A DNA stretch of 64,000 nucleotides. Source: an uncultured Rhodospirillaceae bacterium (GTDB lineage Bacteria > Pseudomonadota > Alphaproteobacteria > GCA-2731375). Positions 21,340-30,303 of the stretch are shown piece by piece. The notes below the pieces were generated by a model that saw only the letters and a program-made list of their open reading frames with translations, was not told where the DNA came from and made no database searches. The position numbers and the translations under genes are program-made. The stretch covers positions 1,771 through 65,770 of the forward strand of contig CAZDQC010000004.1 in the NCBI GenBank assembly GCA_964507245.1. Direction: 5' to 3'. How positions within the stretch are numbered: position 1 is the first letter of the stretch; each line of letters starts with the position of its first letter.

Positions 21340-22053
21340 ATGGCGCCTCATTTCACCAGCACTTATGCTACAGTTAAGCTGCAAGCCGCCTGCAATACCG
21401 AGATTTTCTTGACCCAAGTTTCGCCGCCAGCCTTCAATACCACGCCAACTGTGTTGATCCTAATAGCCATCAACGTCGGCGTTCATTTGTTGCGCATGCT
21501 ATTGCCGGGACAGTGGGATGCGATGATTGGCTTTGTGGGTGCCTTTTCCCCACCCTTGTGGATATCCATCGTCATAGGCGAAGGTAACCAATGGGGATAT
21601 ACTTTGCTGTTATCCCCAATCTTTTACGCATTTTTGCACGCAGATCTTCTGCATTTGGTGATCAACATGGGCTTTTTGCTGGCCTTTGGGACGGCCGTGG
21701 AAAGGCGCCTGGGGCAAGGGCCGTTCCTGGCTCTATATATTTTGTGCGCCGTTTGTGGGGCTTGCGCTAGTTTAGCTGTATATTTTGCCACATTCGAACA
21801 AACATTCATGGTTGGTGCTTCGGGTGCTATATCAGGATTATTCGGCGCGGTATTACGGAATTCCACCCGCAAGACCTGGACTGCCGTCGCAGCCTTTATC
21901 GCCATTAACCTAGTCATTGGCTACACGGGTTTGCCGAGCATGGGACAAGTGCGCGCCGTCGCGTGGGAGGCCCATATCGGTGGATTTCTAGCAGGATATT
22001 TGCTGTTCTCGCTGTTCGACGCCCGTACCCGCAGGCTGACGCCTAGAATTTAA
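21340..22053 (+). CDS. Rhomboid family intramembrane serine protease
   Basis: About 6 TM helices. The catalytic Ser sits in a GASGAISG motif and the catalytic His in AHIGGF. Confidence 0.8.
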   Translation: MAPHFTSTYATVKLQAACNTEIFLTQVSPPAFNTTPTVLILIAINVGVHLLRMLLPGQWDAMIGFVGAFSPPLWISIVIGEGNQWGYTLLLSPIFYAFLHADLLHLVINMGFLLAFGTAVERRLGQGPFLALYILCAVCGACASLAVYFATFEQTFMVGASGAISGLFGAVLRNSTRKTWTAVAAFIAINLVIGYTGLPSMGQVRAVAWEAHIGGFLAGYLLFSLFDARTRRLTPRI

Positions 22054-22066
22054 ACGGGAGATCAAA

Positions 22067-23155
22067 TTGCAAATTACCGCGCTCCGCACCGTACAGGTAG
22101 AAATTCCTTTCGAGACACCAATCCGTACCGCGATTCATCAGGTAGACTCTGTGGGCTGTGTCCTATTGTTTGTGGATACGGATGTCGGTTTGACTGGTGA
22201 GGGATTAGTCTGGTCGTTAGGCACCCGCCGACTACCCACGTTGGAAGCCTTGATTGAAAGCATGGCAGTTAAAGTCATCGGACGTGATCCCCACGAGCAC
22301 GCCGGACTGTGGAGCGAGATGTGGGGAGATTTAAATTTCTTCGGTCATAAGGGCATCACTCTGTTTGCCATCGGCTGCATCGACATGGCCTTATGGGATC
22401 TAGTAGGAAAGGCGAATAAACTTTCCGTATGCCGCCTACTGGGACAAAGCCGAGACCGCGTCAAAGCCTATAATTCCAGCGGTTTGTGGGTATCAATGAG
22501 TATCGATGAATTACAGGCCCAGGCGCGGGACTTTTTAGCTCAGGGCTACCACGCTATGAAAATGCGCCTGGGTAAACCATCGGTCAAAGAAGATATCGAA
22601 CGGATTGCGGCGGTGCGCGAAGTCATCGGCCCAGACGTGGACTTGATGGCGGATGCCAACCAGGGCTTTACTGTCAATCACGCCATCCGGTTAGGTCGTG
22701 AGTTGGAACCTTATAACCTAGTCTGGTTCGAAGAGCCGGTCCAAGCCTACGACCTCGACGGCTCGGCCCGCGTCGCAGCCGAGATTGACACCCCCATCGC
22801 CAGTGGCGAAACGGAATACGCTCGTTATGGCTTCCGTGATATGCTTGAGCGTGGCGCAGCGGATGTTCTGATGCCCGATCTGGAGCGGGTCGGCGGCATT
22901 ACCGAATTTGTCAAGGTGGCCAATATGGCCGATGCATTCGACGTTCCCGTTTCGCCTCACCTTTATACAGAACAATGCCTACAATTGTGCGGCGCCCTAA
23001 TTAATGTGACCTATAGCGAAATGATGCCCTGGTTCAGCACCTTGTATAACGAAACCATAGAACTGGTAGATGGAGACCTGTTGATACCGGATCGTCCAGG
23101 CCTGGGTTTCACATTCAATGAGGATGAGATGTCGCGCCTGCGGCTAGGGGATTAA
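22067..23155 (+). CDS. Enolase superfamily enzyme (mandelate racemase / muconate lactonizing enzyme family)
   Basis: 362 aa with a KxK motif (AMKMRLGK) and conserved metal-ligand D/E/D positions (DANQG, EEP, LMPD). Confidence 0.8.
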   Translation: MQITALRTVQVEIPFETPIRTAIHQVDSVGCVLLFVDTDVGLTGEGLVWSLGTRRLPTLEALIESMAVKVIGRDPHEHAGLWSEMWGDLNFFGHKGITLFAIGCIDMALWDLVGKANKLSVCRLLGQSRDRVKAYNSSGLWVSMSIDELQAQARDFLAQGYHAMKMRLGKPSVKEDIERIAAVREVIGPDVDLMADANQGFTVNHAIRLGRELEPYNLVWFEEPVQAYDLDGSARVAAEIDTPIASGETEYARYGFRDMLERGAADVLMPDLERVGGITEFVKVANMADAFDVPVSPHLYTEQCLQLCGALINVTYSEMMPWFSTLYNETIELVDGDLLIPDRPGLGFTFNEDEMSRLRLGD

Positions 23156-23159
23156 TGGA

Positions 23160-24275
23160 ATGGAGAACAACATGAAAATTGCCAAGGTCGACACTCATCT
23201 AGTACGCCTGCCTTACACCACGGGCGGTGATGGCAATATTGGCAACATGGATTGGTCCACCTTGGATTATGTGCTAGTGCGCATAGAAGTTGAGAGCGGC
23301 CTGGTTGGCTGGGGCGATGCCTTTGCCTACGGCGGCGCGGCGCGATCGGTCAAAGCAGTGGTGGATTACATGCTGGCGCCCCAATTGATAGGAAAGGATG
23401 CGTCGGCCATCGAGCAACTATCCTACTACCTGCAACAGGGTAATCACTTGGTGGGGCGCTATGGTATCACCATGTTCGGCATCTCAGGTATCGATATCGC
23501 ATTATGGGACCTAATGGGTAAGGCAACACACCAGCCAATTTCAACCTTGTTGGGCGGATCGCGGCGCAACGAAATTCCTGCCTATGCGTCATTATTCAAC
23601 TACGGTAACCCAGACCAAGTGGCAGAAAATTGTCAACGTGCCCTGGATGAGGGGTATCAATCCATTAAACTGCATGAAACCACTGAACAGGCTGTTCGAG
23701 CTGCCCGCGTCGCTATAGGTGATGATGTCCCGCTAATGGTTGATACCAATTGTCCGTGGACGCCATGGCAAGCCCACAAGGCTGCATTGTCCTTCAAACC
23801 CTATGATCTGCATTGGCTGGAAGAGCCTATTTTTCCACCTGAAAATTTCGAAAGCCTGAATCATTTGGGCATTGAAGTGGATATCCCTTTGGCTGCAGGC
23901 GAGAACGCCTGCACGGCCTTTGAATTTCAACAAATGATGGATGCCGAGGCGGTAACCTATTATCAACCGAGCGTGACCAAAGTGGGCGGCATCACGGAAT
24001 TCAAGAAGATTGTCACAATGGCGAATTTAAAGGGCAACACCGTCATGCCCCATGCACCGTACTTCGGTCCAGGTCTGCTAGCTACTCTGCAAATACTATC
24101 AACCATGCCGGACGAATGCCTAGCCGAAACATTTTATTACAAAACCTTGGAAGCCAGCCTATATGGGGAAACCATCAAGGCCGAGGATGGCAACATCACT
24201 GTCCCCTCCGGTCCTGGTCTTGGTCTTGACCCCAACCCCGATGTCATCAAGGACTATTGCGACAAAGAAACCTAA
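23160..24275 (+). CDS. Enolase superfamily enzyme (MR/MLE family), tandem paralogue
   Basis: 371 aa with the same family signatures (IKLH..., DTNCPW, EEP). It begins 5 nt after the previous gene. An alternative start lies at 23172 (MKIAKVD). Confidence 0.8.
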   Translation: MENNMKIAKVDTHLVRLPYTTGGDGNIGNMDWSTLDYVLVRIEVESGLVGWGDAFAYGGAARSVKAVVDYMLAPQLIGKDASAIEQLSYYLQQGNHLVGRYGITMFGISGIDIALWDLMGKATHQPISTLLGGSRRNEIPAYASLFNYGNPDQVAENCQRALDEGYQSIKLHETTEQAVRAARVAIGDDVPLMVDTNCPWTPWQAHKAALSFKPYDLHWLEEPIFPPENFESLNHLGIEVDIPLAAGENACTAFEFQQMMDAEAVTYYQPSVTKVGGITEFKKIVTMANLKGNTVMPHAPYFGPGLLATLQILSTMPDECLAETFYYKTLEASLYGETIKAEDGNITVPSGPGLGLDPNPDVIKDYCDKET

Positions 24276-24470
24276 TAGGCAGCAGTAGCGTCATCACTCA
24301 TGTATTTTGTGGGCGGCGCATTATCCCTGTGCACATTATGATGTATGGGTTTTCCCGGTCACAATACTGAGGTTCAACTGGGCCAGGACCACTTGTTTGG
24401 CAACACGGTCCACGAATAAAATTTCTAATCACCAAGGGTGTTAAAGAATATTTGGAACGAGGGTTACCTT

Positions 24471-24505
24471 TCCCGTTGTCGTGCCAGGGCGTATAACGCT
24501 AGGCT
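24471..24505. promoter_or_regulatory. Inverted repeat GTGCCAGG-N19-CCTGGCAC (candidate operator) 45 nt upstream of the ACAD-like gene
   Basis: Perfect 8-bp arms read from the sequence (24471-24478 and 24498-24505). The spacer itself contains GCGT...ACGC. Confidence 0.35.
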
Positions 24506-24549
24506 ATCCTGGCACTAGAAAATAATAAAGCTGCCGTGGACCTAAAACT

Positions 24550-25725
24550 ATGTTGAGCAACACATATTCAGAAACAGCGCTGGAGAATGCACGAAACATC
24601 GCGCCATTATTGAGCGATGCCGCCGCAGAGATTGAAGCGGAACGCGCCCTAACTCCTGCCGTCCTCGACGCGATGCATGATGCTAAGTTATTTCGGTTAA
24701 CCCTTCCACATCGAGACAATGGCCTTGAACTGCCCCTCCCGGCCTTGGCACAAGTAGCAGAAATCATCGCGGGCGCAGATGCCTCCGCTGGTTGGTGTTT
24801 GGGCCAAGCCTTTGGTTGCGCTATGTCCGCCGCATTTATGGATAAGGTGCCCGCCCAACAGGTTTTTGGTACACGAGAAGCCGTCCTGGCCTGGGGCGCT
24901 GGCGTACAGGGCCGTATGGAGGCAACGGACGGTGGCTATCTGGTATCGGGAACCTGGCGTTTTGCCTCCGGTAGTCACCATGCGACTTGGCTGGGAGGTC
25001 ATAGCAAGGTATTCGAAACAGATGGCAATCCACGCGAGGGCGCCAGCGGACGGCAGGCGGACCGCACTGCATTGTTTCCGAGGGAACAGGCCGTGATGGC
25101 TGACGATTGGCATGTCATGGGCCTGCGCGGCACTCGCAGTGAGGGTTATACCGTGGAGAACCTGTTCGTACCCGAGGGTCTGACTTTGGATCGGGATACG
25201 CCAGCCGAATGTCAAATCGACACAACTTTGTTTCGTTTCCCCACCACGAACGTCTATGCCGCAGTCTTTTCCTCTGTCGCTCTGGGTATCGCGCAAAGTG
25301 CCTTTGACCATCTAAAAGCTTTAGGTATGAAAAAACATGCCCGCGCTGCGCAGACAAGTATGCGCGACAGTCCGGTCTTCCAGGCGAATTTGGCGGAGTT
25401 AAGGGCACAGCTTGAATCTGCTCGTGCCTATAAACACGCTGTTATAAGCGAGATCTGGGAGACGGTGGATAATACTGGCGAGTTGACGATGGACGACCGG
25501 GCTCGAATCCGTTTGGCGACGACCTATACCATCAATGAAGCCACGTCGGCGGTGGAACAAATTTATCGCCTGGCGGGTTCCACTGCCATATTCGACAACG
25601 AACCGTTCGAACGCCGTTTTCGGGATATTCACGCTCTCTCGCAGCAAGTTCAGGGCAGACACTCGAATTTCGAAACCGTGGGCCGTTATATGCTGGGATT
25701 GGGAGCGGACACCATATTCATGTAG
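24550..25725 (+). CDS. Acyl-CoA dehydrogenase-type flavin-dependent oxidoreductase/monooxygenase (DszC/SfnB/HpaH-like group)
   Basis: 391 aa with the ACAD fold. Its length and N-terminus resemble the flavin-dependent monooxygenase subgroup. Confidence 0.65.
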   Translation: MLSNTYSETALENARNIAPLLSDAAAEIEAERALTPAVLDAMHDAKLFRLTLPHRDNGLELPLPALAQVAEIIAGADASAGWCLGQAFGCAMSAAFMDKVPAQQVFGTREAVLAWGAGVQGRMEATDGGYLVSGTWRFASGSHHATWLGGHSKVFETDGNPREGASGRQADRTALFPREQAVMADDWHVMGLRGTRSEGYTVENLFVPEGLTLDRDTPAECQIDTTLFRFPTTNVYAAVFSSVALGIAQSAFDHLKALGMKKHARAAQTSMRDSPVFQANLAELRAQLESARAYKHAVISEIWETVDNTGELTMDDRARIRLATTYTINEATSAVEQIYRLAGSTAIFDNEPFERRFRDIHALSQQVQGRHSNFETVGRYMLGLGADTIFM

Positions 25726-25754
25726 GCTCCATTTTTCCAATTGGTACTGGCCAG

Positions 25755-26168
25755 CTAGAAACGCACCTGGGCCGTTCCCGGAGTAATAACGTCGCCATCC
25801 TCATTCTTGATGAATATTTCCAAATCTACATTACCAGATTCGGTATCGATAGCCGTGATGGCGCCACCGGAAGTAAGGGTTTCACCAAGATAAGAGGCGC
25901 GACGATTCGAATAATTGAAACTCGTAAGGGTAGCGTTATCTCCGATCCAATTGACCACGACCTGATTCAACCAATCCCCTTGCAAGGGCCCATCGATTAC
26001 TACACCGGGGTGATTTTCAACATTAGTCGTGTAGGGTTCATCATAATGTATGCGGTGGGGATTCCAGATCGCGGCATTGTATAAAAATAAGGAAACGTTT
26101 GTCGCCGTGTAGCTACGTTCAGGCAAAGCTTCCCCCACAGACAGCTCCGAAATTTTTATGCCACTCAT
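25755..26168 (-). CDS. MaoC family dehydratase (hotdog fold, C-terminal-type half of a split hydratase)
   Basis: 137 aa with MaoC-like signatures. It overlaps the upstream partner by 4 nt. Confidence 0.75.
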   Translation of the reverse strand: MSGIKISELSVGEALPERSYTATNVSLFLYNAAIWNPHRIHYDEPYTTNVENHPGVVIDGPLQGDWLNQVVVNWIGDNATLTSFNYSNRRASYLGETLTSGGAITAIDTESGNVDLEIFIKNEDGDVITPGTAQVRF

Positions 26169-26620
26169 CGCAAAATCCTCGTTTGCTTTTCTTCCATTAC
26201 CAATTCACCGTCCTCGTTCTCTACCGACAGGTTATAAACCGCAAATATCAAAGGCCCAGATTTGCCCTGTTTTTCATACAGGTCATGTAGAGAACGGGTG
26301 GCTATCAATTTGTCTCCGGGCTTCACGGGACGATGGAACCGCATTTCCGTACCTCCCGCCATGACCCTCTTCAAAGGCAATTCAGGCAAAAAGCTATCTG
26401 GTGGAATGCCATCTGGTCCCAATTCATCCATTGGCACGAGAGGCCTCAGGGCGCCAAACATGAACATGGGCGGTGCCTCGTCGCCTTTAAGGTATTTTTC
26501 CTGTTGCTGCTCGGTCGCAATAGAATATTTCACTATGTCCCTGCGGCTAATTTCCACAAGAAAGGGTTCCGCACTGCGTCCAATCCAGGACTTTGCCTCA
26601 TCGCTGATCAATTCATTCAA
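26165..26620 (-). CDS. MaoC N-terminal-like / FAS1-like dehydratase hotdog protein (partner of 25755-26168)
   Basis: 151 aa. Translationally coupled to the MaoC gene, a layout typical of heterodimeric (R)-enoyl-CoA hydratases. Confidence 0.65.
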   Translation of the reverse strand: MNELISDEAKSWIGRSAEPFLVEISRRDIVKYSIATEQQQEKYLKGDEAPPMFMFGALRPLVPMDELGPDGIPPDSFLPELPLKRVMAGGTEMRFHRPVKPGDKLIATRSLHDLYEKQGKSGPLIFAVYNLSVENEDGELVMEEKQTRILR

Positions 26621-26631
26621 TGCCGTGTTCC

Positions 26632-27864
26632 TTATCGACCGCCCACGATGCCGTCGTCATGCAGGCTTGTAATTTCTCCACCGCTTAATCCTAATATTTC
26701 CGATAAAATTTCATCCGTATGCTGTCCAAGTGAAGGGGCAGGTTGCACAGTTTCGCGCGGGGTCGCCCCAAAGTCTAGAGGTGAGCCAGGAGTGAGGTAT
26801 GTACCAATACCAGGCTGATCCACCTGTTCGAAGAGGGGATTTTCCGTAGAACAACGCCAATCATTGTCCAGAGCCTGCTTAATACTTTGATATGGGCCCC
26901 ATGATACTCCGCCAGCTATCAATTTTTCTGACAATTCGGAATATTCCCACGACCCACACCAGGCCTCTAGAAGCATCGCAATTTCATCGGTGGCCAGATA
27001 TCGATCCCCTTCCCGTCTCAGATCAAGGCCGCGCCGTGCTTCTATTGCCGTTACCCCTTCAGAAATGTTGGCTGTTTCCACCAGAGCGGACCACTGCCGG
27101 CCCGTAATTGCGACGATCATCAGTCGACGACCGTCCTTAGTAACAAAATCCCGGCCAAATGCGCCGAATAGATTATTGCCCGTGGTCGTGCGCTCCGTTC
27201 CGTTAATCTGCGCTTCGCCAATGAAACCGAGGTTTCCTAAGGTGGCGAATGCCATATCAGTCAGCGCCAGCGATATGAATTGCCCCTCTCCCGTTAGTCT
27301 ACGATGCCGATCTGCGGCCAGAATGCCGTTGACCGCGGCCAGACCAGTGGCAATATCCCACGCCGGCAGCACATGATTGACCGGCGCCGCCTCGCCTACG
27401 GGGCCGGTGAGGTTGGGAAAGCCAGTGGCTGGGTTGACCGTGTAATCGACCTCGGACGAGCCATCGCGGTTGCCCTTAATGTTAAGCATAATAATATCGT
27501 TGCGTCGGCCCCTCATTGTCTCGTAGGACATCCAACCCGAGGTCGGGAAATTAGTGAGAAAAATTCCGGTATTCTGCCCCGGCATGCAGATCAGTTGGGT
27601 CAATAGCTCCTGACCTCGGGGATTGCGGATGTCAACAGCAAATGATTTTTTACCCTTATTCAAACCCGCCCAATAGATGCTTTCGCCATTCGCGGTTACC
27701 GGCCAGCGGCGATAGTCCAAGCCACCCCCTAAGGGGTCGAAACGTATAACCTCGGCGCCCATTTGTGCCAAAGTCATGCCGGCGCTGGGCGCAGCGATAA
27801 AAGCCGATCCCTCGATCACTCGCAAACCTTTCAAAATCCCGTTCATTAATTTTCCTATGATCAT
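26632..27864 (-). CDS. Family III CoA transferase (CaiB/BaiF family)
   Basis: 410 aa. The N-terminal LKGLRVIEGSAFIAAPSAGMTLAQMGAEVIRFD is the canonical signature. Confidence 0.85.
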   Translation of the reverse strand: MIIGKLMNGILKGLRVIEGSAFIAAPSAGMTLAQMGAEVIRFDPLGGGLDYRRWPVTANGESIYWAGLNKGKKSFAVDIRNPRGQELLTQLICMPGQNTGIFLTNFPTSGWMSYETMRGRRNDIIMLNIKGNRDGSSEVDYTVNPATGFPNLTGPVGEAAPVNHVLPAWDIATGLAAVNGILAADRHRRLTGEGQFISLALTDMAFATLGNLGFIGEAQINGTERTTTGNNLFGAFGRDFVTKDGRRLMIVAITGRQWSALVETANISEGVTAIEARRGLDLRREGDRYLATDEIAMLLEAWCGSWEYSELSEKLIAGGVSWGPYQSIKQALDNDWRCSTENPLFEQVDQPGIGTYLTPGSPLDFGATPRETVQPAPSLGQHTDEILSEILGLSGGEITSLHDDGIVGGR

Positions 27865-27898
27865 TAATAATTTGATTTATCAAAAATTTACCTGAATT

Positions 27899-28693
27899 TC
27901 ATAAATGGTGTTCCGTCAACTCCGCTGTCAAATATTCGACGGTATCCTCCACACTGTCAGAGCGATGAAACAATTTCAGATCATCAACATTGATGGTGCC
28001 GAAATCTACCAAGGCATCAAAATCCACTACCCGATCCCAAAACTCTTTACCGTATAAGACAATGGGAACTTTTTTGCGGATCTTATGCGTTTGCATCAAG
28101 GTCAGAGTTTCAAACAGTTCATCCAAGGTGCCGACGCCGCCGGGCATTGCGATAATGGCCTTCGATAGATAGGCGAACCAGAATTTCCGCATGAAAAAAT
28201 AATGAAATTCGAAAGCTAGGCTTCGTGTCACATATGGATTGGAGAATTGTTCGAACGGTAGTGAGATATTAAGACCAATATTTAGGCCCTTTGCCTCAGA
28301 AGCCCCCCGACTCGCAGCTTCCATGATTCCGGGACCACCGCCGGTGCAAATTACGAACCGTTTGTCCTCTCGGTCCAGGTTCTTGGACCAGATGGTTAGG
28401 CGATGGGCTAATTCCCGAGAGTCTTCATAATATTTGGACATCTTCAGATCTTTTTGAGCCTTTGCCAAATTACCTTTGCCGTTCTTTACAGCCTGTAGAG
28501 CCTCATTTGCCTTTTCGGCCGAAAGAATGCGCGCGGAGCCGAAAATGACGATAGTGTCACGCACGTGTTCGGCTTGAAATCGCTCTTTCGGCTCCATGTA
28601 TTCAGCCAAAATCCGCAGTGGTCGCGCCGCGTGGCTATTGATAAAGGCCTCGTCCCGGTAGGCCTTTATCGGATGAAATGGTTTATCAGCCAT
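27899..28693 (-). CDS. LOG family protein (TIGR00730 Rossmann-fold nucleotide-binding / cytokinin riboside 5'-monophosphate phosphoribohydrolase-like)
   Basis: ORF 27899-28879. The ATG at 28693 (MADKPFHPIKAYRD...) is the likely start. Motifs GGGPGIMEA and AMPGGVGTLDELFE are present. Confidence 0.75.
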   Translation of the reverse strand: MADKPFHPIKAYRDEAFINSHAARPLRILAEYMEPKERFQAEHVRDTIVIFGSARILSAEKANEALQAVKNGKGNLAKAQKDLKMSKYYEDSRELAHRLTIWSKNLDREDKRFVICTGGGPGIMEAASRGASEAKGLNIGLNISLPFEQFSNPYVTRSLAFEFHYFFMRKFWFAYLSKAIIAMPGGVGTLDELFETLTLMQTHKIRKKVPIVLYGKEFWDRVVDFDALVDFGTINVDDLKLFHRSDSVEDTVEYLTAELTEHHL

Positions 28694-28980
28694 AGAAAAT
28701 CCTATATTTTTTGCCGAAATTCTGAACCTTGGACGCCATAATATACCTGTTGCCTCGATAGTAGACAGACAGGCGTTTATTAATTGTCGCTCGGACCACC
28801 CGAGCCTGGTTCTACATAAGTGGTGGGGTCGAGAAGGCCAAATGCCGCGAAGGATTTGCGATCCGGAGGCCAATTGCAACTTGGCTAATCAGGTCGAATT
28901 CAGCATACCGAAGGTATCAAGCACTGCAGAAACGGCCGGTGGCTGGCCTTCTCGATGCGACTAGAAAATAATTCACCTCT

Positions 28981-28999
28981 CCATAGATTATTCCTATGG
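28981..28999. promoter_or_regulatory. Inverted repeat CCATAG-N7-CTATGG in the divergent LOG / hypothetical intergenic region
   Basis: Perfect 6-bp arms read from the sequence. Confidence 0.25.
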
Positions 29000-29091
29000 G
29001 CCTGCTTCCCGAAATACGGCAAATTTAAATGTATTTCTACGTTGATCAGGGCAGATTTTGACGTCCGAGTTCACCAGTCCTATGGTGGGGA

Positions 29092-29460
29092 ATGAGCCAG
29101 CTTTTCGATACCCTGAACCACATTGCCACTTGCTTGAATGACGACGTCGCCTTGGTACGCCGTGGACGCTTTATTGACCTGGATTTTCTGCTTGGCGTTG
29201 CCGCGGAGACCCATTATTTGACCATTTCAGTCGGCCGGCTGTCCTCAATCGTACCGGGACCCGTCCTTATGAAACCTTGGGAATTCGCAATTCGTATTCA
29301 AGGGGAGGCTTGGGAACAATTTCGCCAACCTGTCCCAAAACCTAATTACCACGACATTTTCGCCATGTGCAAACAAGGCACAGCAAGTATCGAAGGGAAC
29401 ATACAACCGCTGATGGCTAATTTGAGATATTTCAAGGAACTTCTTGCACATGGTCGTTGA
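29092..29460 (+). CDS. Hypothetical protein (possible SCP2-like small lipid/ligand-binding fold)
   Basis: 122-aa ORF immediately upstream of, and overlapping by 17 nt, the alpha/beta hydrolase gene. I recognise no motif. Confidence 0.4.
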   Translation: MSQLFDTLNHIATCLNDDVALVRRGRFIDLDFLLGVAAETHYLTISVGRLSSIVPGPVLMKPWEFAIRIQGEAWEQFRQPVPKPNYHDIFAMCKQGTASIEGNIQPLMANLRYFKELLAHGR

Positions 29461-30295
29461 ACTGGAGCCCATTGTTGGCCGTTATGCTCAGGTCAAAATA
29501 CAAAATCGCGCCAACCGCATCTATTTCGAGGAGGCGGGTCAAGGCATTCCCCTAGTTTGTCTACATACAGCCGGCGCCGACGCCACGCAATTTCGTCATT
29601 TGCTGAACGACCAAAGTATTACAAAGGACTACCGCATTATTGCGTTCGATTTACCTTGGCACGGCAAAAGCCTACCGCCTGCTGGCTACCACATGGAAGA
29701 GTACAAACTGACCACCGAAGTTTATGTAGAGACAATCATGACGGTTTGCCGGGCTCTGGAATTAGAGCAGCCGGTGATCATGGGCTGTTCCATGGGTGGG
29801 CGCATCGTGTTGGAGTTGGCACTGAGCCGGGACAAAGAGCTACGGGCCGTTATTGCGTTGGAAGGTGCCGATCATCAGGAACCCTGGTACGACACGAATT
29901 GGTTGAATAGGCCGGATATTCATGGAGGAGAGGTTTCCGCCGGTCTGGTCTCCGGCCTGGTAGCACCACAAAGTCCGGAAGAATACAGATGGGAGACGTT
30001 ATGGGGCTATCTACAAAGCGGCCCCGGAGTGTTCAAGGGGGATCTGCATTTTTATCGTGAAGACAGTGATTACCGGGACCGAGTTGCAGATATTGACACC
30101 GTAAATTGCCCAGTATACCTGCTGACCGGAGAATATGACTTTTCTTGCACCCCCGAGGACACATTGCGGACAGCCGAGCGCATTGACGGGGCGCAAGCCA
30201 TCATAATGGAAGGCCTCGGTCATTTCCCCATGTGCGAGGATCCGGAACAATTCCGAAAATACATTATGCCCATATTGAGCCAAATTAAGGGATAA
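29444..30295 (+). CDS. Alpha/beta hydrolase fold protein
   Basis: 283 aa with a nucleophile elbow GCSMGG, an HGxxxxxxxW-like N-terminal region and a C-terminal His (GLGHFP). Confidence 0.8.
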   Translation: MHMVVELEPIVGRYAQVKIQNRANRIYFEEAGQGIPLVCLHTAGADATQFRHLLNDQSITKDYRIIAFDLPWHGKSLPPAGYHMEEYKLTTEVYVETIMTVCRALELEQPVIMGCSMGGRIVLELALSRDKELRAVIALEGADHQEPWYDTNWLNRPDIHGGEVSAGLVSGLVAPQSPEEYRWETLWGYLQSGPGVFKGDLHFYREDSDYRDRVADIDTVNCPVYLLTGEYDFSCTPEDTLRTAERIDGAQAIIMEGLGHFPMCEDPEQFRKYIMPILSQIKG

Positions 30296-30303
30296 TTACG
30301 AGA

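Noticed and set aside
24697-25311. 204-aa minus-strand ORF inside the ACAD-type flavoenzyme gene
   Set aside because: It is a shadow ORF, and the plus-strand frame carries the ACAD fold signatures.
25722-25760. Bidirectional terminator between the convergent ACAD-like and MaoC genes
   Set aside because: It contains only a short CTGGCCAG palindrome, with no convincing GC-rich stem plus U-tract.
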